Source: Ministeria vibrans ATCC 50519 (taxonomy: Eukaryota; Protista; Filasterea). Taken from it: 38,787 nucleotides of DNA. Below, one piece after another: positions 24,000-33,704 of the stretch. The stretch spans positions 1 through 38,787 of the forward strand of contig CALSCP010000578.1 of NCBI GenBank assembly GCA_943704425.1. Direction: 5' to 3'. Every line of letters starts with the position of its first letter. Position 1 is the stretch's first letter. The notes below the pieces were generated by a model, which searched no databases, was not told where the DNA came from, and worked only from the letters and a program-made list of their open reading frames with translations. A program made the position numbers and the translations under genes.

Positions 24000-24215
24000 T
24001 CTCAAGTGCTGGGTCGTCGCGGGTGCTAAGCAGAAGGTTTGACTCGCAGTCAACAGAAAGAATAACTCAAGAAAAATTATTCAACTTTTCATTTCAAATT
24101 TCAAGTCATTTGATTTGACAACAAATTCTCTCCGAAATAAAATGCGTTACTTCATTAATTCCTATAAGTACTTGTGTCGGCCCTTGTTCTTTTGCTCTTT
24201 TAGACGCGCTATTAC

Positions 24216-25649
24216 TTATTCTTCTTGTCTTCCTTCTTCTTTCAACTTCAATTGATGAAGCAGCTCAGCGACATTTCTTCCCGCCATTATTTGCGTTTCC
24301 ATGGTCGATACAAACGACTCAAAGGCACTCGTGTAAAAGAGAGCCGGTGCAAGCGCAAAGGGCGCAGTGAGGTCCGGGCCAAGGGGTCTGAGGCGCGGAT
24401 AGGCGTGGGTCCAGTCGCGCACGACAGGCTCGACACGCAGATCAACAAAGAGGGTCCGAATGGTCTGGCGTGAGAGAGGCGTCGCCGAGAAGATCTTCCA
24501 CAGACACGATCGGGCGACAGACGAGATTGTGGTGTTGTCACAGCGCACGCGCGAAAAGGAGCGAAACAACTGTGGGTGTACGTCCGAGTCGGTCGCAAGG
24601 ATCATCTCGGGTATGTCGTGCACTGCCGTTTTGCCGAAAAAGGTCGCATTCGGAGTGCCATCGACAAGCGTCACAAACGTGCGTTGGAAGTCGCGTCGTG
24701 GCGGAAGCTGTGCGTGTACGTCGCTTACGGTAAGCGTGTCCATTTCGAGCGGATGCGCAATAATCACTATGTCAAAGCGCGCCTCGTGCGAGTTGCTCTT
24801 GTGCTCCCAATGCACTACAAAGTCGTTGTTGCTTGCACCGCGTCTCACCCGTGTCACAGTGCTCTCTAGACGTACTTGAGCGCCACTCGCGCGTGCCATC
24901 GCCTCCGCCACCGCACAATTGCCCTCTTCAATATAATAAAGGCTCTCGCCGGAGCCCACCAGAGCAACGAGTCCGCTAAAGGCGTGCATTTCGGAAGGAA
25001 GCTGTCCGTAATTGTTCAACGTAATTCCGGCCATAAATTCGCGAGTGAACCGCGACTCAGCATCAATGCCACACCGCGCCTCCAAATAGTCCGAAAGACT
25101 CGCCCAGCGCACCTCGTCGTCGAATTCCACCAGCGAGATAGCTTCCGCCACACTGCTAAACGGCAGATTGTGCGGCTCGTACAGCCGCACAAACCGATCA
25201 ACTGCCGCCTGCGCAATCGCCTCGGCGTGCACGGGCGCAAGACCATACCGCCACAGCATCTGTGCAGCAGCCAAAAAGCGGTGCGGACTCGTGTCAAGCG
25301 CAAGCGCACGGCCGTCGAAGAGCCCAAACCGTTCACCGTCCGCCACCGCCTTCACCTTGGTCAACGTGAAACGCGTCGCTGCGTCCATCATGTGTCGATT
25401 CACCTCGTGAAAAATACTGCCCCCCATCTCCACCAACCCAAGTCGTGTGCTGACAACCGTTGAGCGCCCCCCAAGGCGTGCGTCGCGTTCAAACAGAGTG
25501 ATCTCGGCTTCAGGTCGAACTTCGCGCACTCGCTCGGCGGCTGCGCAGCCCGACATGCCACCGCCCACAATGGCAACACGCAGCGCATCGTGTTCATCAA
25601 CGGCCCCTGCAATAACCAACACAGACGCAAATAAAGCGAGAATTTTCAT
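24216..25649 (-). CDS. PCYOX1: Prenylcysteine oxidase/lyase (secreted or lysosomal FAD enzyme), intronless
   Basis: Signal peptide, VAIVGGGMSG, EMGGSIFHEVN, NNYGQ, WKIFS, AYP and FESFVSTMET..GRNVA. Confidence 0.88.
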   Translation of the reverse strand: MKILALFASVLVIAGAVDEHDALRVAIVGGGMSGCAAAERVREVRPEAEITLFERDARLGGRSTVVSTRLGLVEMGGSIFHEVNRHMMDAATRFTLTKVKAVADGERFGLFDGRALALDTSPHRFLAAAQMLWRYGLAPVHAEAIAQAAVDRFVRLYEPHNLPFSSVAEAISLVEFDDEVRWASLSDYLEARCGIDAESRFTREFMAGITLNNYGQLPSEMHAFSGLVALVGSGESLYYIEEGNCAVAEAMARASGAQVRLESTVTRVRRGASNNDFVVHWEHKSNSHEARFDIVIIAHPLEMDTLTVSDVHAQLPPRRDFQRTFVTLVDGTPNATFFGKTAVHDIPEMILATDSDVHPQLFRSFSRVRCDNTTISSVARSCLWKIFSATPLSRQTIRTLFVDLRVEPVVRDWTHAYPRLRPLGPDLTAPFALAPALFYTSAFESFVSTMETQIMAGRNVAELLHQLKLKEEGRQEE

Positions 25650-25730
25650 GAATAAAAATGAATAAGAATAAAAAGTCTAATCATAATAATAATAATAATA
25701 ATTATTATTATTATTATTATTATTTTCAAA
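25650..25730. promoter_or_regulatory. 81-bp divergent (bidirectional) intergenic region built around an (AAT)n(ATT)n palindrome
   Basis: ATGs at 25649(-) and 25731(+) flank it, so both promoters and 5' UTRs must lie within it or overlap the CDSs. Confidence 0.6.
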
Positions 25731-28700
25731 ATGCGCCCAGAAATAACGGAAGCCGAAGCGACTCGCGCCCTTCGAGACGTATTTGGCATTTGCAATGGGC
25801 AGGTGGTGGGGACGCTGCCGTCGTACGACAACCAGAATTTTGTGGTGCGCAATGTCGAAACTGCGATCAAGTATGTCTTGAAGATCAGCAACACAGACGA
25901 GAGCCGCGAGATGGTTGAGCTGCAGAACAGCGTCCAGCGCATCGCTTGTGAACGCATGCCCCATTTGGCGCTGCCGCAGTGCATTGCAACGGCCGACAAC
26001 GCCGACGTGGGCTCTGTGGAGGACGCACACGGACAATCCTTTCTCGTGCGCCTGCTCACCTTCCTCCCAGGCGTCCCTTACTACCAAGTGCGTCCGCAGA
26101 CCCCTGCGCTGTTCCGCAGTCTTGGCACAATGCTGGGCGAGCTCAGTGCTTGCCTTGCCGGTGTGGCTTTGCCTGGGATGCACCAGGACCTGGAGTGGGA
26201 CCTGTGCAACTCAGTGCGCACTATCGAGACACACATCGACGCGCTCCACGACCCGACCCAACGCGCACTCATTGTCTTCTACATGGAGCGCTACAAACGC
26301 GACTCGGAGAGCATCTTTCGACGCCAACGCATGTCAGTGGTCCACGGAGACGCCAATGAGGCCAACGTGCTCGTGTTCAACGACCCGACTGCCTCGCTCA
26401 CGGGCAAACCGCAGTGTGTGTCGGGTCTGATCGATTTCGGGGATGCAGTCTACACCCACACCGGTTCGTATCATGAACGGAAACCCCCTAGTGAAAGACG
26501 CAAATTCAACGCATTTTATATTCTCTTACGTAGTTGCGGAAGTGGCCATTGCCTGTGCGTACGCAATGCTCGGCAAACGCGCGCCCTTGTCGACCGCTGT
26601 TGAGGTGATCAGCGGATTTCATTCGAGCTTTCCGCTATGTGAAGAGGAAATTTCAATCCTCTTTGATCTCATGTGCATGCGTCTGTGTGTATCGGCCACT
26701 ATGGGCACTTTCAAGTTGTCACTAGAGCCGGAAAATGAATACCTCAAACTCAGCATGGTTCCCGCCTGGAAGACACTCGAAATGTTGTGTTGCGTGTCCA
26801 GTGCCCGTGTGCACGCTCTCTTTCGTGACGCTTGTCAACTCGAGCCGTGTCCGCTTCACCGCGACATTGTTGCTTTTCTCGCACATCCCGAGCGCACCTA
26901 TGCCCCCATTGTCGACGTGGACACGCGCCAGCCAGGCGCAGTCTGTGCCCTCGATTTCTCTATTGCCTCGCCACTCATGGCCGAGCTCGCTCTCGGTCTT
27001 GCGCAACGTGACGCGACCCAACAGCGACACGCCGAATGCGACCCCTTTGCCCCAGTGCTACAACTAGAGCTTATGCGAAGGGGCGCGACAATGGCCATTG
27101 GGCGCTACAATGAGGCGCGACTGGTGTACACCGGTGGGGGATACACAGGCCAGGCGACCAGCGAAGACACAGTGAACGACGCACGAACTGTACATCTGGG
27201 CATCGATCTCTTCCGCCCCGCCGGCACACCCGTCTTCGCTCCTCTCGCGGCCACTGTTGTCTCCGTGTGCGACAATGCGACACCGCTCGACTATGGACCA
27301 ACAGTGATTCTGCGTCACACCACCGCAGAGTTCGTCTTCTATTCGCTCTACGGCCATTTAAGTCGCTCTTGTCTGTCGTCTCTCTCGCCCGGCGACTCTC
27401 TTGTGGCCGGCCAGCAGTTTGCACAGATTGGGAGTCGTTCCGAGAACGGCGGATGGTCTCCCCACGTACACTTTCAGCTCATGACTAATTTGTTGTCCGA
27501 CGACAGACACTCCGTGGGTGATTTTCCTGGCGTGGCCGTCGCCAGCGAACGCAGAGTCTGGCTCAGCCTCTGCCCCGACCCTAACCTCATCTTGGGCATT
27601 CCCTCCGTTGATCTCGCGTGTCACACATCACGTTGCTCTTTAGAACACGCGACCACCGCCGAGCTGCTTAGCATTCGTGACCAGACACTGAGTCGCGCAC
27701 TGTCTCTTGCGTACACGCCGGCACGAGCACCGCTACGTTTTGTGTACGGACGCGGTTCTCGTCTGTTCGACGCGGCCGGCTCTTCCTATCTCGACGCAGT
27801 CAACAACGTACCGCACGTCGGTCACTCACACCCACGTGTGGTCACTGCGCTGCGACGACAAGCAGCCATTCTCAATACGAACACACGCTACCTGCACCCA
27901 TTGCTTCTCGAGTATTCCCAGCGCCTGCTCGCCACGTTCCCAACCCAGGCAAAATTCGAGGTGTGCTTTTTTGTCAATTCGGGCAGTGAAGCGAACGAAC
28001 TTGCTTTGCGACTCGCGCGCGCAGCGCGTCCCAACGCGCGCGGCATTGTCTGTCTCGAAGGTGGCTACCATGGCAATACGTCGAGCCTTGTCGATGTGTC
28101 TCACTACAAGTTTGCCGGTCGCGGTGGCAGCGGAGCCCCGCCGGCACACGTCGAGGCTGCACCTCTGCCCGATGTGTACCGCGGAGTGCACCGCGATGAA
28201 GCGACAGCGGGCGCGCTCTATGGGCGGGATGTGGGTGTGGCAGCAGAACGCCTGGTGGAACGTGGGGAAAGAGTGGCGGCGTTTGTAGCCGAGCCGCTTA
28301 TTGGCTGCGGTGGTCAAGTGGTGCCGCCCAAGGGCTATCTGACGGCTGCGTATGCAGCGGCGCGCGAGCACGGCGCGCTGTGCATTGCCGACGAGGTGCA
28401 AGTAGGCTTTGGGAGAGTGGGTGAGCGCTGGTGGGCGTTTGAGGCAGTGGGAGACGACGAAGCGTATCCCGACATTGTCGTGTTGGGTAAACCCATTGCG
28501 AATGGACACCCCATGGGGGCGGTGGTGGTGACACGCTCCGTCGCGGATGCCTTTGAGACGGGCATGGAGTTTTTCAACACGTTTGGCGGAAACCCTGTTT
28601 CGTGTGCGGCTGCTCTTGCCGTCCTGGACGTCCTCGAAGACGAGCATCTACGCGACAATGCGACGCGTGTGGGCGCCCTTCTCCTGGCTCGGTTGCGCGA

Positions 28701-28977
28701 ACTTCAAACTCGCCACCCTCTTATTGGCGACGTGCGCGGCCTCGGTCTCTACGTTGGGATCGACCTGGTGCTGGACCGTACAACGCGCGCGCCTGCCTCG
28801 GCTCAAGCGGCGTACATAGCACGTCGCATGTGTGACAAGCGCGTTCTCATCAGCACTGACGGTCCTTTCTCTAACGTGCTCAAGATCAAACCCCCGATGG
28901 TCTTTGACGAAGCGGACGCCCACACTATGGTTGCGCTGCTCGACGAGACGCTGAGTGAAACGTGCTGTTGTTTGTAA
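25731..28977 (+). CDS. Tri-domain fusion: APH/hydroxylysine-kinase-like + M23 metallopeptidase-like + class III PLP aminotransferase/phospho-lyase
   Basis: HGDANEANV and DFGD; HLGIDLF, SLYGHL and PHVHFQ; [32 protein letters not shown] and [11 protein letters not shown] single intron 26464-26533 joins the ORFs in frame. Confidence 0.92.
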
Positions 28978-29116
28978 AAAAAAAAAATGATGATGATGTA
29001 GTGCAGAATCGATATTGCCCAGCCCATCCTGGGTATTAGCCACTCCTTTTTTTACCATGAATAATTTGAAGAAGAAAAGAAAAGAAAAAAAAACATCAGA
29101 CACTTCCTTAATCATC

Positions 29117-29808
29117 TTACAACTCTTCCTTCTCCGCAAGATCCGCCATCAGCAGCAAATTTTCCTCCTTAGCGACATCCAACACAAACTCCAAGCGGTC
29201 CTTAAACTCCTGCGACTGCGCAACGTCCAAACCCACAAGACTCTCGCTCAATGGGGTGAGCACAGCGGGCACAAACACATCAGGATAGTTACACTCATAG
29301 CCCACACTCTTCTTGCGTCGCGCATGCAGCATCACTCCACGTGCCAACTGCATCAGCCACCCCTCCAGCACCACTTCAAGTGACACAGCCCCTTCCACGC
29401 CAATCACCTGCTCCAAATCCAACGAACGCATCGCTGCATACAGCCCCGCCCACGCAGGGTACACCTCCCAGCTCAGAAAGGCCCTTCGCGACCCATGCAG
29501 CAGCGAAATGCCATACTTATGCGCCGGCAAACACCCCCATCGCAATCCCGCCCAACAGCAGTCTACAAATCATGATCAATACTGCTCTCATTGTCGCGTA
29601 TATTCCCTTCACCCGATCGAAAGTTCCATCGACAGTCCACTAGAATAAAAAACCCCCCTAAGGTGAGTCTCACATCGTCCTTAAAATTTTAGATCATTAC
29701 CAACTCGAACGCGTTCGGGATGCTCTCCAAACACCACATTGATCAGATCCTGATCGCCCCACTTAATGTGCGTCTGAAACGAAACCAATAATAATAATAA
29801 TAATAATA

Positions 29809-29877
<69 letters not shown>

Positions 29878-29970
29878 NNNNNNNNNNGGTTTTGGCAGTA
29901 CTAGGGTAGTACCAGAATGTGCTAAACAAACCGAAAAACGAAAAGTATAGATTATTAAGAAAACTATAAC

Positions 29971-30061
<91 letters not shown>

Positions 30062-30340
30062 TTAATTCCCAAGTAAGTTCCAACATAAACACACTAAGCA
30101 CCAAACCATACTCAACACCCACTCAGTACCCACATCCACAGAATTAGAATTATAATTATAATATACACAACTAAATCAATGCGTCTCCTTTTCTTACCTT
30201 CCATTGGGCATACGAAGAACGGATTTTGTCGGGCCACCCAAACTCCAACATTTTCGCAATGTCCATGACCATCATACCACTGTCAATACACAAAATTTGT
30301 CGTTTCGTCATGAAGCTGCTCTTTCTTTCTCTAGAGTTCC

Positions 30341-30375
<35 letters not shown>

Positions 30376-31182
30376 CCTCTCACTTTGTGTCTCTCTCTAT
30401 GACTCTCTCAATCTCATCTCATTTTGTGTCTCTACCTATTAACGCCCCGTGGTGGAACATACGGATGCTTGGCGTGCTGGTCGTAGAAACCGGCATTTTT
30501 CGGCCATTTCTCAGTGGCGAGAATGGACGCAACTGATGCGTTGCTCTGGGTAACGGCGAGTGCCCCGAAATCGTTGACGGAGCGCAGAAAGAGCACATCT
30601 GTGTCAACGTACAGCAACGTGTTGAGCTCGGGTCGATCACGAAGAAGCTCGGGGAAGAAAAGGCGCTGAGTGGCGCAAGGCTTGGGCATTCCGTTGTTCT
30701 CGATGTTCAACCACTGCCCCACAACGGTCACATCAATCATCTCAAACGTGAGTGTCAGTGGCCGCCACTGCACAAACGAGCTCGCTTGCCAGGCCTCCAG
30801 CTGCGCCGCGACCGTGTCTTTGTTCTCGTCATCGTGGAACACGAGAAAGTGAAGGTGTGTGGAAGGGCGTGCGGTGAGCAGCGCTGATTTCAGCGCAACC
30901 AGCGCTTCTTCGCCTCGATCCCTGCCAAAATGGGGTATTTAACGGACGAAGCAGCGCCGCAACAAGGCAGGAAGGGAAGGGAGAGTGTGGGACGGTGGGA
31001 CGAGAGAGATTTAGAAGAGCGTACCGACAGACAGAGAGCGCAACGTTGACGCGACTGACCGGCGTCAGAATCTCATCTCGAGCGTGCTGATCATCTTCAT
31101 CTGGACGCCATGTCTCTTGGGTGGAGGCAAGTGCGCAGGCTATCAGGAGACTCGTAAGGATGAGTATTCTCAGCGAGTGCAT
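29117..31182 (-). CDS. GXYLT1: Glucoside xylosyltransferase (GT8, GXYLT1/2-shams type), multi-exon, spans a 10-N gap
   Basis: KPCATQRLFFP, LLYVDTDVLF (DxD), HPYVPPRGVN|SGMMVM, WGDQDLINVVF, CRWNFR and LLHGSR motifs, with an N-terminal signal/anchor. Confidence 0.85.
29787..30062. repeat. Intronic (AAT)n(ATT)n self-complementary microsatellites around an assembly gap
   Basis: Two AAT-then-ATT tracts, with N's at 29878-29887. Confidence 0.9.
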
Positions 31183-31251
31183 CGAGGAGAGAAATGAAAT
31201 GAGTAATGGATAAAATATTGAGTCAACTATATTTTGACACAGCACTCTGAC

Positions 31252-31367
31252 CTGCCACTGCTTACCCACGTTACCTCTAAAGTTTCGGTTGAGTTTGCAA
31301 TATGATCTGGCTGTGTCTTCGAGGGTGGTCACTGTATCATAAATAAATGGGTTGCATTCTTCTTCTT
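31252..31367 (+). mobile_element. 5'-truncated copy of the (TTC)n-tailed retroelement
   Basis: actgtatcataAATAAAtgggttgca followed by TTC repeats. Its 5' part aligns to 3748-3795. Confidence 0.62.
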
Positions 31368-31548
31368 GGAATAATAATTATTCTTTGAGAACGGGGTTCA
31401 TTTTTAGTATCCTTTCTTTTTTATGTGTTTGTGTTTGATGTGTGTGATGAGGATCGCGATGTATTCCGAGTGGGCCTCATAAGCTGCTCGAGTATGTGTT
31501 AAACGTCTGAATACAATCGTATAGTTCATGTTTCGTGTTTACTGATTT

Positions 31549-32568
31549 CTATCGGACCCACATAGCTTCTCGGAAAAATGGAGTTCCATGTGTTTGAGTG
31601 TGGGCACCCCCGACACGATAGTGATATGTCGCTCCAGTATCTACATCCCAGGCAGGAACAGGACTTCTTTGAAGCGGTCCATCGGTGCACGCATTGGCAA
31701 ACCCCCATCCCGTGGTACCGGCATCATCGTTGTTGTTAACGCAAAGGTTGGTACCCCAGCGAATATTTGGATTCCAATCACAGCAAGGGAGAGCATTCGT
31801 CTTGTAACGACAGCCGTTGATATCCATCGTATTAAAGCCGTACCGTAGCGCACAAGTCGAAAATGTGCTAGGCACAACAGTAAAGCTGATACCGCGAATG
31901 GTGGAACTCAAAATTATTCCCGGAGTCGAGTTGAAGAATTGCAGAGCACTCATTTGATGTCCCACATTCTCAGTGACATTGCCGTCCCAAAGAATTTCGC
32001 CCGCCTCATTCACTCGCGTGGACATTATATCTGTGAAGTCAATAGAATTGAAGCCGTCGTACTTGGAGAAGCCTCCCTCTGCAAAGTTTCGAACAGTCGC
32101 GTTTACCGTATTCGGCGTGGACCAAACCGCATTCAGGTAACCAGGATTCAGCCCCTGCGCACGCATTACAAGAGTCCATCCACCACGTGACAAAGCGCAG
32201 TACGCCGAGAACGACACGCTGTTTGCAGAAAGTGTGTACCAGCCGTCTGTGCAAGCCGGACATGAGACAAGAACTTCCTTGCACGAAGTCACATTTTCGC
32301 TTGGACTGAACGTAACGTTGGAACATTGGCATTGTCCCGCAAGAGCCTCAAGCACGCCGATCCTTTCCTGAAGTGCCGCCAAACGAGACAAATCCGCCTC
32401 GGTGGCCACCGCGGACCCGTTAACGTAGAGATCACCGTTGACGACGACAGAGCCACTAATAGCGGGCCTGAGAACAATATTGCCGTCATCGTTCTCAACG
32501 CTGATATCATTTGCCATGGCGGTGGCGCAAATGCAAAAGAATGCAAGCACGGAGAAAAACAACTGCAT
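31549..32568 (-). CDS. Secreted fibrinogen-related-domain (FReD-like) protein with N-terminal beta-strand repeat and short coiled coil, intronless
   Basis: Signal peptide MQLFFSVLAFFCICATAMA, SCKEV..DGWYTL..AYC...GGWTLVMR, terminal AMWVR. Confidence 0.78.
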   Translation of the reverse strand: MQLFFSVLAFFCICATAMANDISVENDDGNIVLRPAISGSVVVNGDLYVNGSAVATEADLSRLAALQERIGVLEALAGQCQCSNVTFSPSENVTSCKEVLVSCPACTDGWYTLSANSVSFSAYCALSRGGWTLVMRAQGLNPGYLNAVWSTPNTVNATVRNFAEGGFSKYDGFNSIDFTDIMSTRVNEAGEILWDGNVTENVGHQMSALQFFNSTPGIILSSTIRGISFTVVPSTFSTCALRYGFNTMDINGCRYKTNALPCCDWNPNIRWGTNLCVNNNDDAGTTGWGFANACTDGPLQRSPVPAWDVDTGATYHYRVGGAHTQTHGTPFFREAMWVR

Positions 32569-33348
32569 ACCTAAAAACGGAGAAACAGTAAACAATTCAC
32601 AATCAATAAATATTCTCTATTTTTTTGAAAAAAATTCTTCATCACGAACAAAAAATTGTTGCCGCTCATCAGACCAGTCACCGATCCCCAAAACCAGTCG
32701 CACATCAACCCCATACACCACTGGGCACTGGCAGGAATGTGAGCAACAAAAATCACGTACGTGCGTCATGCGAAAAACCACACGTGGGAAATAGCGAAGA
32801 AAAAAGTTCGAAAAAAAAAAAGTTCGAAAAATTGAGGAAACGAGTAAAATAGTCACCGCTTTTCCGACCTCTCATCGACCCCACAAACCAGCCACACATC
32901 AATCCCAAACACCAATAACGCTAAAGGTGGCGACAAACGTCGTGCAGAATTTGCAGGCGAACGAAGAACAAAAAAAGAACAAAATAATTATTTATGTACA
33001 TTTAAAATATCCACAAAATATTTCTCTAAATTTTTCATAAAAACATTCCTTGGACCATATCAAGCCCCGCTGACCGTTAAAAATAAACAAACACCATCCT
33101 TCAACACCGTAGCACAAGCGGAAGCGACAAAAGTGGTCCAAATGCAGACACCACGAAAAACGATTTACGAACCCAAAAAGAATAATAATTAGAATCTCGG
33201 AAATGAACGCGATCACACGTAATGTCTTAAATTTATTATGACGTACTAAAATAGTATAAGTATAATGATTAGTTAGTGACGAAGATATTGACAAACTGAA
33301 AAAAATTGGTTCAAAAAAATTTATAATAATTCTATATTCTATATCTTA

Positions 33349-33369
33349 AAATGGGTTGTATTCTTCTTC
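33349..33369 (+). mobile_element. Minimal 21-bp retroelement 3'-end insertion with perfect 12-bp target-site duplication
   Basis: ttctatatctta (33337-33348) + aaatgggttgta(ttc)3 + ttctatatctta (33370-33381). Confidence 0.75.
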
Positions 33370-33613
33370 TTCTATATCTTAGAGTTTAGAAGCGTGCAAT
33401 GGGTTACTCCGTAATATGGCTTGAGGAGAAGCAAGCTTCAAGAGATGCAACAAATCACAGCTAGATAGCCCAAACAGAAAGTATTTAGTACTTCGAAGTA
33501 TCCGTACGGTAGTAAGTAGTGTCATTACATTACATGTTGGGAGTATCGCAAATGAACAATGGCGACGAGATTTAAAAATTAATTATTCGGTGTCAAAACG
33601 AAGTCAAAACATT

Positions 33614-33654
33614 TCGTGGCTGTGACTGGCTGAGAGTGTACGTAGTGAACTTGA
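33614..33654 (+). pseudogene. Short fragment of the zinc-finger gene family seen at 8540-9858
   Basis: 33614-33642 matches 9280-9308 at 28/29 nt. After a 13-nt gap, tagtgaacttga resembles cagtgagcttga. Confidence 0.6.
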
Positions 33655-33704
33655 ATATATGAAGGGTATAACATTATGTGAATATACAATCACTCATCTC
33701 AACA

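Noticed and set aside
31441-31515. Possible box C/D snoRNA (GTGATGA ... CTGA with a weak terminal stem)
   Set aside because: No clear C' box and no rRNA guide of 10 nt or more that I can verify. It would need snoscan or Infernal.
32640-32690. Hammerhead-like CTGATGAG core on the minus strand
   Set aside because: No GAAA after a proper stem II, and no stems I or III.
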